Assembly (NCBI GenBank): GCA_963826525.1
Contig: CAWGXH010000004.1
Coordinates: 320,001-384,000 of the forward strand
Length of the DNA: 64,000 nt
DNA from: an uncultured Methanomicrobiaceae archaeon
GTDB lineage: Archaea; Halobacteriota; Methanomicrobia; Methanomicrobiales; Methanoculleaceae
Reading direction: 5' to 3'
Each line of letters opens with the position of its first letter. Positions within the stretch are counted from its first letter, which is position 1. Under the pieces are notes generated by a model. The model made no database searches. It had not been told where the DNA came from and was given only the letters and a program-made list of their open reading frames with translations. Positions 10,649 to 21,488 of this stretch are shown piece after piece. A program made the position numbers and the translations under genes.

Positions 10649-11276
10649 TCAACCGTGATCATGCATTGGGACGGGATGTCGTGATAAAAATGAGAGCGAG
10701 CCGGTCCGGCACCGCTTCAGTCGTGCCGGGGCAGCCATCGGCTTCTTCTGCTCCTCCACATCGGCCGCTTCGACCGCTTTCCGGAGCGCCGCCCCTCGCG
10801 CCACGAGGGCTTCCGGCGTGACCATGCCCTGGGCGATGAGGAATCCGTTTGCATCGCGGAGTGCCTGCTTGAGGTCCTTCGCCCAGAGGTGCTCGATGAG
10901 GAAGACCGCGGCGGCGGTGTCGTTCGGGATGTCGTCCGCAATCCTCTTGACGTCCTCCTCGGTCATCCCAAAGCTCCTCGGTAGCCGCCATGGTGCCGAC
11001 CTCGGCACCGGTCTGTGCTCCCTTCTCCGGGCCTCGAAGCCGATGAGCGCGCCGACGACGGAGCCGAAGCGCTCCCGTTCCTCATCGTCGAGCTGTGTCG
11101 CCTCCATGCCTCTGACGTTGCCGTCCGCGTCCTCTTACACAAACCGTAAGTCGATCAGCCTGACGACGCCCTTCTCCATTGCCGACCCGAGCGCCTGGCG
11201 GATCTGGCCATGGAAGTCGGGGTTCGAAAATCCGATGACCAGCAGGCTGCATCGGCCCATATATAACTTCAGCCAT
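10649..11276 (-). pseudogene. DUF1269/DUF6325-like protein, disrupted (frameshifts plus in-frame TAA)
   Basis: MAEVIYGPMQ / LLVIGFSNPDFHGQI...VRLIDLRFV* EDADG / ...AAVFLIEHLWAKDL spread over frames. Confidence 0.6.
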
Positions 11277-11618
11277 TTTGTATTCCCCCTTGATGAAATG
11301 CATAGGTTGCTTGCCCGCACCCCGTGATCCGTTGCCCTCGTGCTGTGCAATACGATTGCATCGTTAGAACGCCTTTACCTGCAATCTTTACGTCTCTCTC
11401 CGGCAGCGTACAGACCGGCGGCGGGTCGAAAACCAACATGGGCCGTCAAATATAAAAAGTATCTATATAATTCATATAATCCCGAATCTCCAAATAGGCA
11501 CAGATTTCAGGCCATTCCTCCCCAGTCAGGCTGCCCGTGCCCTCCGGCACTCCTGCTCTGCTGTCGCGACGGACTCGTTGATGACCCCTTGCTCTTTTCT
11601 TCTCCCATAGCGGCCTAA

Positions 11619-11732
11619 TCAATGCGCCATCTGGTCGATCGCCGCCGTAACGGCGAGGATGAATGCATTATCGTACCCCGGTTCCACTTCCACACCGTAG
11701 GTGTTCCCGGATCGGAGCCATTTTTTGGCCAA
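11619..11732 (-). pseudogene. C-terminal remnant of a LURP-one/scramblase-like (YxjI) gene
   Basis: Manual translation LAKKWLRSGNTYGVEVEPGYDNAFILAVTAAIDQMAH*; 5' part missing. Confidence 0.55.
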
Positions 11733-11785
11733 CGATTTTATGGATCTTTCCCTTTGACCTACGGCATGGTTTCAACAGAGCCTAA
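11733..11785 (+). mobile_element. Possible IS5-family (IS903-like) terminal remnant
   Basis: GGTTTCAACAGAGCC (reverse complement GGCTCTGTTGAAACC) resembles IS903-group inverted repeats; reads ...GFNRA*; abuts the truncated gene. Confidence 0.35.
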
Positions 11786-12088
11786 ATATTCGTAATCCGG
11801 GCCGAATCCACCGGGAAAAAACTACCCTCACAGAAGCCCACAGATGGCCGATTGCAAGGGGCAAGGCAGGGATTCCACCCTCCCAAAATTACCGCCCCTC
11901 ATATGGCCGCTATATTTTCGTGGTTTGCAAGTATTTCAGGAATCAGGCTGATTTAATCCTGGTTATAGCTCCACCGAGATCCGCACTCTCAAACCAGCGT
12001 TAAAACAGGAAAACGCTCTCGATTCGCCCTTCTTTCAGGGGGGGGGGCGGGATCTCCGGCCGCACCGGATACCCGGAGTACCGGTGCA

Positions 12089-12717
12089 TCACCGGGTTTC
12101 CGGGTGAGAGCGACCCATCAGGTAGCCCCCAAACCCGGTGACCCAGACCAGGATCGGATAGGCAATCCAGCGCTCAAGCCCTCCGATGCCGAGGACAGCG
12201 AACGGGCTCACATCCCCGAGGATAAAGTAGAGGGCAAGGTCCGCGAGCGCAACCGCCCCGAGTGCCACCGAGAGGTACCGGAACGGCGAGGTCTCAACCC
12301 GGTAGGCGGTAATGGCCGCAACCCCCCCGGCCCCGAACGCAAGGAGGGCGAAGAGGGCATGCACCGTACCGTAATTTCCGGGAAAGATGCCGACACCGAG
12401 GACGCCGAGACCAAAGAAGGCGAGCGGCACGGTGACGACAAGCCGTCCGAAGGCGCGGTGAATGCAGTACGCGGCGGTTATGGTCAGGAGGCCGGATACC
12501 ATCATCGCTATGTTGAAGATGGTTGCGGAGGGTTCGACGATGATGCTCCCCGGCGGCTCCGTGGCGCCGAATCGCTGATCGCATTCAGCGACGTGCTGTA
12601 TCCGGGGTAGAGAGCCTCGGCGGTGATGATCCCGAGCAGGGCCAGCACGCCGACACCGAAGAGCAGCGCTCCTGCAAGCATCCGGCAGCGCAGAGCGGCG
12701 TGCGATCAATCGGTCAT
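12089..12717 (-). CDS. DUF998 family membrane protein (frameshifted near 5' end)
   Basis: ISDxG-like region, IFNIAM, LGVGIFP, HALFA, LGIGGLERW. Confidence 0.65.
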
Positions 12718-12814
12718 GAAAATCCGACGGAACGTAACCGTCCGGTGATAGTTACTCGTTGCGTCTCCACGAGCAGAAGCCCATCGGTGCCAAGGCGGGA
12801 TATCCCGCACTGCG

Positions 12815-13415
12815 TCAGAAGACATCGACATCCTGATCCTGCTCTTCTCTCATTTTCGCTGTATATCCTTCAGGATCCCGTGCATACTCCCTGATCGTCC
12901 GGATCGCTTCTGCAGCTCGCAGGTCTCCCCGGTCTGTCAGAGACTCCTGGAGCAGGGCGAGCTCTCCCTCGTGCCGCCCGAGAACACCCGCCATGACGGG
13001 ATAGAGGTATTCCTCCTTCCTGACGGTATCGCCACCGAAACGGGGCGCGTCATGTGCCAGCTGCCCGATGACGGCCCCGTCACCCATATACGCCAGCACG
13101 TGCAGTGCATGCCGGACAATCGGGCGACTCTCGGGGGTGTCCCGAAACCGCAGGAGGACTCCCTCGACTGCCGGGCAAACGCCCCGGGATCGGTCGGCAG
13201 AACATGCTGCTTGACAGCGGCGTCGTACAGGATCTGGAGTGCCATGTAAGCAACCTTGTAATCCTGATCGAGTGCCATGACGACCGAATCCAGGAGCGTC
13301 GGCGTCGCACGACAGACCGATTTGTAGAGGAGCACCTCATGGAGGGCGGTGTAGATCGCATCGCGGTTGCCGGATGTCACGGCGTCTTTCAGGTCGGGAC
13401 TCCGGGGTTTTCCAT
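12815..13415 (-). CDS. Hypothetical helical protein (split by frameshifts)
   Basis: MENPGV/PDLKDAVTSGNRDAIYTALHEVLLYK... continues into ORF 12815..13099. Confidence 0.5.
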
Positions 13416-13749
13416 GGTATCGTTCCTGGCGAGTCTTCCGTGATGCGTGGTGCACGCACTCGCGGAGCGAGCGCGGGGGAGCGGGATGCTACGAGAAGGT
13501 GCGCCTCATCTCGTTTCATACCGGCGAGTGATGAAGATATCGTTCTTCCGTTCTCACGAAAAGAAGGGCGCTCGCCCCGTGACCGGATAACTCCCGGCCG
13601 AGGTCGCACCCGAACCATGAACGTGGTGCACGTGCCGCCCCGTATCCCCGGGGCACGGCAACTCAAAGGGGCAGCTCGCAGATCCACAGAGAACGGGTCA
13701 GAAGACTGATATGGCTGCAGGGGCGATACCCTCATCGGGAGGAGCAGGC

Positions 13750-14539
13750 ATGACGACAGGACTACGAACCTACGGAAGATCGCCCTACACCGTCGCCGTC
13801 GTTCACGGCGGTCCCGGGGCGCCGGGGGAGATGGCACCGGTAGCACGGGCTCTCTCTACGCATGCAGGCATCCTCGAGCCGCTCCAGACAGCGGCGACGC
13901 TCGACGGCCAGGTGCAGGAGCTCGCCGGAGTGCTGACCGGGCACGCAGACCAACCCGTCACTCTTATCGGGCACTCCTGGGGCGCGATCCTCGGGTTCAT
14001 CGTCGCCGCCCGGTACCCGGGGCTGGTAGGGAAACTCATCCTCGTCGGGAGCGCCCCTTTGAAGAACGGTATGCCGGCGGGATCATGGCGACCCGGCTAG
14101 AGCGACTCGGTGAGGAGGAGCGGAAGGAAGTCCGCTCTCTAGCGGAAGTTCTTCGCAATCCCACACACGAAGGCAACGACCGGGCCTTCGCGAGGTTCGG
14201 GGAACTGATGGCGGCGGCAGATGCCTATGATCCCCTGCCGCATGACGATGAGGTGCTCGGGTATCAGCCCGGGATCAACCATCGGGTATGGGGGGAGGCG
14301 AGGGTTCTCCGAAGCAGCGGAGAACTTCTTGCACTCGGAAGCGCGATCCGCTGCCCTGTGATCGCCATCCACGGCGACCGCGACCCCCATCCGGCAGCAG
14401 GAGTGCGCGAGCCTCTCTCCCGGGTGCTCGCCGACTTCCGGTTCGTACTGCTCCTGAGTGCGGTCATGCGCCGTGGCATGAGCGGCGGGCACGGGATCTC
14501 TTCTATACGCTCCTTGAACAGGAGATTCAGCGACGATGA
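13750..14539 (+). CDS. Alpha/beta hydrolase (two frameshifts)
   Basis: VHGGPG, GHSWG nucleophile, IHGDRD, CGHAPW catalytic His, in three frames. Confidence 0.8.
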
Positions 14540-14679
14540 CAGGTTGGTTGCTGGAAAGGTCGCGAGATATTGGCAGATTCCACATCACTCTCCGGAGGAG
14601 AGACACCCGGGAGACCGTAACCGCCCGACAGGGCAGATGAAAAAGCGCGGCTGAATTTCGAAAAAATTGTTCTTCGGGG

Positions 14680-15270
14680 TTACACCGGAACGATCCGGTT
14701 GCCGTAGACCTCATTGATGATCTGGCCGAGCCCGATGTAGAGTGCAAGGCCCCCCGCAAGGAGTCCCATCAGTCCACCGAGGGTCAGAATGAAGGCGTTC
14801 CCGGAGAGATCCGCTGCGACCAGGAGGGCGACCAGCAGCACCACCGCGAGGAACGTAACCTGCAGGATACGGTGCATCTTGAAGGTGCAGATGAAAAGCC
14901 CTACGGCAAAGAGCCCCCAGACGCTGAGGAACGCGGCAGCCTCAACGGTTCCCGGCGCTTGTGCAAGGCCCAGAGCCGGGAGCATTGCAATCGCGGCAAA
15001 GGATACCCAGAAAAACCCGAAGCTCACGAACGTGACAAAGCCGAAGGTGTTGTTCTTCTTCCATTCCAGGATACCGGCGATGATCTGGGCGATGCCCCCA
15101 TAAAGAATGGCCATCGCAAGGATCGGGCTCCCGAGGGCAATGATGCCGACGTTATGCAGGCTCAGTGCCATGGTCGTCATGCCGAACGCACAAAGCCCGA
15201 GTGGTGCAGGATTTGCTGTGTCATCAACAAGGAATATGCTGTTTCTGCTCGTATCGTCTGCCTGATTCAT
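14680..15270 (-). CDS. Acetate uptake transporter, GPR1/FUN34/YaaH (SatP/AceP) family
   Basis: ANPAPLGL signature, YGGIAQ, NTFG...SFGFFW. Confidence 0.9.
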   Translation of the reverse strand: MNQADDTSRNSIFLVDDTANPAPLGLCAFGMTTMALSLHNVGIIALGSPILAMAILYGGIAQIIAGILEWKKNNTFGFVTFVSFGFFWVSFAAIAMLPALGLAQAPGTVEAAAFLSVWGLFAVGLFICTFKMHRILQVTFLAVVLLVALLVAADLSGNAFILTLGGLMGLLAGGLALYIGLGQIINEVYGNRIVPV

Positions 15271-15839
15271 AGTTTCCTCTCCTGGCACGGCGGATTGAAC
15301 CTCTGCTGCACCAACAGGATCACATTTGTGGTGCCCGGTATTTATCCGTTTCACAATGAGTGCACCAATTGCCGAGAGGTGCACCGAATATCTGCACAGT
15401 TTCAGAGAGAAGTGCACCACAATGCGTCGGATGATGCCCGGCCGCAGGACCGTATCGGACAGGGAGTCCATATGATCCGCACCGCATCCGGCCCACACCC
15501 CCAAGAGAGATCCTATCTCCCGACCCACCCAACCGTGTCGAGTTCGAGGACGCACGGTTCCGTCTCACCGGAGGGACAAGGAGAGTATCGGAGCGACGAA
15601 TCCCCCGCCCGAACCCCGATCACCGGGATCGGGAAAGCCGATCCGTGCAAGGTGCGCGCTCATCGGGCCGCGGCAGGCGGCGGCACACTCTCAAGGGATC
15701 TTCCGGCGTTTCGCCACGCCCGATCACCTGCTTCTCCATGCTCCCAACTGTCACCGCCATTACCAACGTGCTGATCTGATAAGCCCGCAGGTAGATGTAT
15801 GCGTACTGCAGAATGCGTGCAGCAACCGGGTGATACCTG

Positions 15840-16217
15840 ATGAGCTGGCAAGATATTGGAATAACGGCGATCACGATTCTGTTCTCGGTCATGCTCCTGC
15901 CGCAGCTCCGCGACGTCATCTCCCGCGGCACCGTGCTGAACTTCTTCTCCGCACTCTGCACCGGCATTCTGGCCGTTCTCATGTGCCTGATATTCGCCAC
16001 CCTCGAACTCTGGCTCTCGGTAGCCGCCGAGTCGGTCGTAGCAGCCGTCTGGATGGCGCTCGCCTATTTCTCGGTGAAGAATGTGCGGGATGCGGTATAC
16101 CCCGAGAGGACGCTCTGGTTTGTGGCCGGGGATTTCTTCACCGTCTGGGCGATGGGTGTTGTTTTTCTCGCATCGAAGGGTGTGAGACGGTTATTCTCAA
16201 GGAACCATCCCGACTGA
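15840..16217 (+). CDS. Hypothetical membrane protein
   Basis: 125 aa, 3-4 TM helices, WQD...LLPQ. Confidence 0.6.
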   Translation: MSWQDIGITAITILFSVMLLPQLRDVISRGTVLNFFSALCTGILAVLMCLIFATLELWLSVAAESVVAAVWMALAYFSVKNVRDAVYPERTLWFVAGDFFTVWAMGVVFLASKGVRRLFSRNHPD

Positions 16218-16296
16218 AGGCGGAGCGGCATGGCCGCCGTTACTCGCCCGGTGCGGGAAACCTTTGATAACCTCCGGGCGCCCAAGCAGGAACCGC

Positions 16297-16524
16297 ATGG
16301 ATAGTGTCTCGGCGGCGATCACGCAGAGCTTCGTGCGGCTCATCGGCGGCGAATCCGTATCGTTCGAGAGCCTCTTTGCAGGAGAGCCACGGATCGATAC
16401 CTCCCTGCACGGCGAGATCAGGGGGAGAAGAGCATTTGCCCGATTTATTGACGAGCAGCGGCGCCTTCTTCGGGAGGAGAGGGTGCAGAGGAGGTCAGGA
16501 ACCCCCCTGCCCCCGATAGTCTGA
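16297..16524 (+). pseudogene. Truncated N-terminal fragment (possibly NTF2/SnoaL-like)
   Basis: FAGEPRIDTSLHGEIRG..AFARFI; collides tail-to-tail with the opposite gene. Confidence 0.3.
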
Positions 16525-17024
16525 TTCCGGGTCTGGTTCATCGCCGGGCTGCACTGCTCTGTGAGGCTCATCAGCGTGGCGTTCTCGGACGTGACGTTGA
16601 ACGGCCGGATGACGATCCGGCCGTCTGCCATCTGCTCGACGTCGGGAACCGGGTATCAAAAACACCTCCATGCCCATGTCCTGTGCAGGACGGCAAAGAG
16701 CCGGTCGGTGGCGACGAACGTATGGATAGTAACCGTGACGTTCTCACTCATCCCGGGTTCGACCCCGGTGTAGCCGATGACACCGCCGGGATGGTCGAAG
16801 AGATTATTGTGGATCATGAGCCAGCCGGATCCGTTGCTCACGACCTCGTCGACAGTGACGTTGCCGACGACTCCGTCACCCGCGATTGCCTGATCCGTGA
16901 CATTGACCAACGATATGACCGTTTCGCTCATCGCAGTCTGGTTCGTCTGCTGGGTGGACGATACACCGGCCATGGATGCCGGCAGCAGAGCAGCTGCACA
17001 AACAAACCCGATGGTCTTCATCAT
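16525..17024 (-). CDS. Secreted protein with a VTDQ...GWLxIH...VIG domain (DUF7282-like), frameshifted and 3' end unclear
   Basis: Signal peptide; VTDQAI..NVTVDEVVSNGSGWLMIH..GVIGYT..PG..ENVTV..AVLH; several NxT sequons. Confidence 0.55.
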
Positions 17025-17142
17025 CTATCCCCCCTCGCCCCCGCAGAGGCGAGCCGTCTGGTGCAGGTAATGACGAATACGTGTTTGGGCACTTCCCCGG
17101 TCGGCGCATACAGGGGGAATACCCGGCCGGAAAACCGCAGGA

Positions 17143-17563
17143 CTACGACTCAAGGAGCCCCGTCGTCTGCCCGACCTCAATCAGGTGCCCGTCCGGGTCG
17201 CGCAGGTAGCACCGGATCTCGACGCCCCGATCGATCGGCGGCGTCAGGAAGTCGGCGCCCGGCCTCCGCCACTCATCATAGACCGCGTGAATATCAGCCA
17301 CCCTGATGTTTAACGCACTGGCGACAGTATTCGGATCTCGCGGCGGCGTCATCGTCACCTCCGGCTTATCGTCGGTCGGCCCTCCCCCCGTGTTGATGAT
17401 GAGCCAGCTGTTCAGAAAGCGCATAACACACGGGTCGCGTTCGCGCACCACCGTCGCCCCCAGCACGTCCCGGTAAAACGTGCGTGAACGATCGATATCC
17501 TCGACGATGAGCAGCATGGTGAGCAGCATGCCCTTATCAGGCGTCAGGAAAATCCTCTTTCAC
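17143..17563 (-). CDS. VOC/glyoxalase family protein
   Basis: VEDIDRSRTFYRDVLG, NIRVADI, YLRDPDGHLIE; 5' frameshift between GTG 17563 and ATG 17529. Confidence 0.85.
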
Positions 17564-17684
17564 AATAGATCCCTCCGTTTCACGAGAGGGACGCATCCCT
17601 GGTAAAGCTATGCCCGGTCGTGCAGGTGCGGTGCAGCCGGGCGCAACCGGGGAGGCTCCGGGAGTGGAAGACTGCAATAAAAGA

Positions 17685-18242
17685 TTAGGCATGGTGGCGT
17701 CCCAGGAAATAGACGCCGATACAGATGACGCCGATCGAGATTGCCATTGCCAGCATGTCGATAGACGTAGTGAACTGCATGGTGAGAATGCGCTGGAAGA
17801 AACTGACGATCAGCACCATGATGATCACCTTGATGATCTTGTTCTTCAGGTCGTCGAGACTGGAGACTTCAAGGATGCTCCCGAACGAATCATCCTTCCG
17901 TGCGATGTCTATCTCCGAGATGAAGAGCTCGTAAATGCCGAAGCTGAAGATGAGCAGGACGAGACCGATCAGGTAGAAATCCACTGCCCCGATGATTGCG
18001 ATCAGAATATCCTCGTGGGTCAGGTGGCTATCCGTTACCAGGATATACTCCACGAGTATATTGAAAACTTCCAGAGAACCGGCAATAAACAGAACAATTG
18101 CACTGAGCGCTCCGAAGATCACGCCGAGCAGAACGATAAACCGTGAATTCCAGAGAATTCGTTCAAAGACGTTCTCTATAACGCTCAGGTTCCGCTCCTG
18201 AATGAGAGGTGCCGGACTATCCGGTATCTTGACTTTCTCCAT
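17685..18242 (-). CDS. YqhA/UPF0114 membrane protein
   Basis: FERILWNSRF, VDFYL, IFSFGIYELFIS, SLDDLKNK. Confidence 0.85.
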   Translation of the reverse strand: MEKVKIPDSPAPLIQERNLSVIENVFERILWNSRFIVLLGVIFGALSAIVLFIAGSLEVFNILVEYILVTDSHLTHEDILIAIIGAVDFYLIGLVLLIFSFGIYELFISEIDIARKDDSFGSILEVSSLDDLKNKIIKVIIMVLIVSFFQRILTMQFTTSIDMLAMAISIGVICIGVYFLGRHHA

Positions 18243-18492
18243 AATCTGTCCCTTGATGTGGGTAGTACATCTGTCGGTGATAGATTAACAACTTTTCAGA
18301 ATCATTCTGATCGCAGGATAAAAATCAGGCGAAACCCTGCCGGTGAGAACAGCCGTTCGGAACAGGGCGGGTTCCCCGCCGAAAGGGCGGCCACCCGTTC
18401 TCCCGGACGGCGGGGGCCTGCAGGCACCCTGAAAAAGTATATATTCAGGTTCGCTCTGACCTGCTGCCGGGTACAGGCAGGGAATCGACAGT

Positions 18493-19421
18493 ATGGCGCT
18501 TCACACCTTCGTGCAATTCATCCGGCTCGGGCGGTATCCCCTCCTCCTCTCGGGCTTTGTCCCTTTCCTCGGGGGAGCGCTCTTCGCACTGCTCAGGGGA
18601 GCGGATTTCTCCCTCGCCCAGTTCCTTCTCGGCTACACCGCCATGGCTGCAGCCCACCTCTGCAGTCCATTACAGCAACGATTACTTCGATGCCGATGCC
18701 GACCTGTTCGGTGAACCGAGCGGCATCTCCGGCGGGAGCGGAGTTCTTGGGGAGAATCCCGCACTCAGGCCGTAACGCGAAATGGGCGGCCGTTGCACTC
18801 ATGACCGTTTCTATCCTGCTCGGGTACGTATTCCTGATTATCTACGAGTTTCCGTCGTATTTCCTCGCATTCGCCATCGGCGGAAACCTCCTCGGCTGGT
18901 TCTACACCGCACCTCCCCTGAGACTCGCATACAACGGCCTCGGGGAGATCACCACTATGATCACCTTCGGCCTTCTCATGCCGGGGGCGGGATACTTCGT
19001 GGCGATGGGAACTCTTGACCCCGCCTTCTTTGCATACAGCGTGCCGTTCTTCCTCTACGGACTCGTCTTTATCACCAGTGTCGAGATCCCGGATATGGAA
19101 GGGGATATCGCCGGGGAAAACCGACGATGATCGTCAGGAGAGGGAGAAGCGTACGGTTTTCGGATCATCGCCCTCGCGGCGGCATCGGCGACGCTGGTTA
19201 TCACTCTGTATGCGGCCACGAGTCTCTTCGCACCGGTAAACTTCTGGCCGCTTGCCGCGATTTCGTGCATACCGCTCGGCGTTGCCCTCCGGGGATATAC
19301 CGCTCGGTGCACCGAGCGATCCGGCGCCATACGCTACGCGACCGCGAACATCACAGCCTATTTCTTCTTCACGGGACTGGCTGCGCTGTACTTCCTTCTG
19401 CTGGTTGCCGACGGCATCTGA
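18493..19421 (+). CDS. UbiA/MenA-family prenyltransferase (several frameshifts)
   Basis: FIRLGR, HYSNDYFDADAD, SGGSGVL, FYTAPPLRLAYNGLGE, EIPDMEGD...GK across frames. Confidence 0.75.
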
Positions 19422-19525
19422 AGGGCGTTCATGTTCCGGTACGGCACGGAGCAATGCATGTATATCGGTTCTGGAAGAAGTACCACACAAGCAGATACGC
19501 TATCGTATCGAGGGAGGAAAAGAGC

Positions 19526-20008
19526 GTGGGTTTTGATTGTATCCAGTGCGGCGAGTGCTGCAGTTACCTCGGGCAGGTGCACGTCATCGCAGAAGAGTAT
19601 GGCGGGTACCGGTTCCTGATCCGGAACGTGTATACCGGGGAGAGGACGCCGGTCAGCATCGATGCCGATAAAATACATCTCTACCCGGAGAGGAGCATCT
19701 TTGAGAGATGCCCGGAGGCCTGCCCGTTCCTCCGGGAAGATCCCGAAAACCGGAGAGTCTGCTGCATCGTCCACGCCACCCGTCCCGAGATCTGCAGGGA
19801 CTTTTCGTGCTGGCGTCTGCTGATCGTCGACGGCACCGGGACGCGGGCGGGGAGGGTTATGGGTTCGCGGCACCTCGCCGCCGACGATCCCGTCCTGCGG
19901 GATATCTGGGATCGGGAAGTCAGGACGATACGTGAACCCGATGATGCCGCCTGGGAAGCGGAGATGATCCGGAGCATGAAGCGGGCGGGATACTCGGTGC
20001 GGCAGTAG
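19526..20008 (+). CDS. YkgJ-family cysteine cluster (Zn/Fe-chelating) protein
   Basis: FDCIQCGECC, CPFL, CIVHATRPEICRDF; GTG start after GGAGG. Confidence 0.85.
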   Translation: MGFDCIQCGECCSYLGQVHVIAEEYGGYRFLIRNVYTGERTPVSIDADKIHLYPERSIFERCPEACPFLREDPENRRVCCIVHATRPEICRDFSCWRLLIVDGTGTRAGRVMGSRHLAADDPVLRDIWDREVRTIREPDDAAWEAEMIRSMKRAGYSVRQ

Positions 20009-20039
20009 AGAGAAGGGGTTTCCTCCCGTCTCCCCCCGG

Positions 20040-20498
20040 CTACAGCCGCACCTCGAACGTCCGGGTGAACGGGACGTCGAATGTGGTGATGCCGAAATCG
20101 AACGTGCCCGAACCATTCACCCGGAAGGTGACCGCGCCATCCTGCACGAGCCGGAGAAAAGCCGCCACGAGCCCGAGATTGTCGACGGTCACCGGGATGG
20201 CGATGGTCGTATCGCCATCGGGCCGTATCGTAAAGCCCCCTCGCTCTCCGTGCGCGAGGAACTGCTGCCGACCGTCCTCCAGGAAGTAGATATCGAACGA
20301 GATATTCTCCAGGGTGGCGCCCACCGGATTCGGATTGGTGATGGTGAGCCGGAGCACGAGATCGATACTCGAAAGCGAGACATTTTCGACGGCAATCCCG
20401 TCAACGGCAATGGTCGGCCGTTGATACAGGGGTGCCGTGCAGCCTGCCGCAGCAAGGGCGGCAATACAGATGAGAAGAAGAAACCCTGCACGCCTCAT
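20040..20498 (-). CDS. LEA type 2 / WHy domain lipoprotein
   Basis: Lipobox AAGC; ITNPNP signature. Confidence 0.85.
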   Translation of the reverse strand: MRRAGFLLLICIAALAAAGCTAPLYQRPTIAVDGIAVENVSLSSIDLVLRLTITNPNPVGATLENISFDIYFLEDGRQQFLAHGERGGFTIRPDGDTTIAIPVTVDNLGLVAAFLRLVQDGAVTFRVNGSGTFDFGITTFDVPFTRTFEVRL

Positions 20499-20697
20499 GG
20501 TGCAGGGTAGGGAGATGCAGAACACGAAATAGGTATCGGAGTTACGAACGTGTGCTGCGCGAACCCGGAGCGAAAGATCTCCGAAAAACTTCGGGGTGCA
20601 ATGCCCGCCCCACCGCCCAGGGTTAAGTGGAAACAGTAAACAACAGGAAATAATAAAATGCAAACATTGGTGACGGAGCACTGCCACACTACACAGT

Positions 20698-21393
20698 ATG
20701 GCTGATGCATTCGTGGTGTACCCGATTGCAATCGAAGATACACTCACGGCAATCAGGGAAGGTCTCATGCACCGGTACACCGCATGGTATCTGCCCGGAT
20801 GTCGCCGAACGGAGAGAAGAACGCGAAGGCTGAGACGCATAAAAGCGTGGATCAGAGAGGTAGATCACCTGCAGTTGCAGGTCAAGAACGTAAACCAGAG
20901 AATGATCCCTGCTATCGAGGCGGATCTTGGGTATACCTTCAAAGATACGAGCCCCCTCATACGAATCCTCATGGACACCACAACCAGTCGCCTTTTTCTC
21001 GGTATCCTCAATACCCTGCCGGAAGCAGACCTGCCGGTACCTGCACGGGATATCTTCATGCTCGCAAAGATGCCGGGTGATGCAAGTGCTCTCGCCCTCA
21101 TCGGCGACGTCACGCTGCGGCTCCGGGTGATGCCGGCAGCGAGGAGCGGCGCTGCATCCTCCCCCGGAGATTCCGGTGCCCGGCCCGATGCGTCCATGCT
21201 GTTTGAAAGCCATATCACACTCTGCGACCGCTGGGAGCTTCTTGAAAATACCATCGCCCTTCGGCACCGCTCCCCTTTGACCGGAGAGAAGCGTGCACAG
21301 GAGAAGGTGACCCTCGTCCGGGCAGTCTTCGGTGCCCTCTACCTTGAAGGTGGGTGTGATGCCCTTGCGGCAGCAGCGCCGCTGCTCCAGTGA
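20698..21393 (+). CDS. Ribonuclease III-like domain protein, degenerate active site, no dsRBD
   Basis: IEADLGYTFKD, LALIGD, TLVRAVFGALYLEGG align with RNase III motifs. Confidence 0.6.
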   Translation: MADAFVVYPIAIEDTLTAIREGLMHRYTAWYLPGCRRTERRTRRLRRIKAWIREVDHLQLQVKNVNQRMIPAIEADLGYTFKDTSPLIRILMDTTTSRLFLGILNTLPEADLPVPARDIFMLAKMPGDASALALIGDVTLRLRVMPAARSGAASSPGDSGARPDASMLFESHITLCDRWELLENTIALRHRSPLTGEKRAQEKVTLVRAVFGALYLEGGCDALAAAAPLLQ

Positions 21394-21488
21394 TCTCCCT
21401 GAACACACGTGACTGCTACTGCTATGAGGCCCTGGCACGAACGATAGTACGGATCACGACGGGAAAGCGATCCTGTGAGGCGAGCGGC

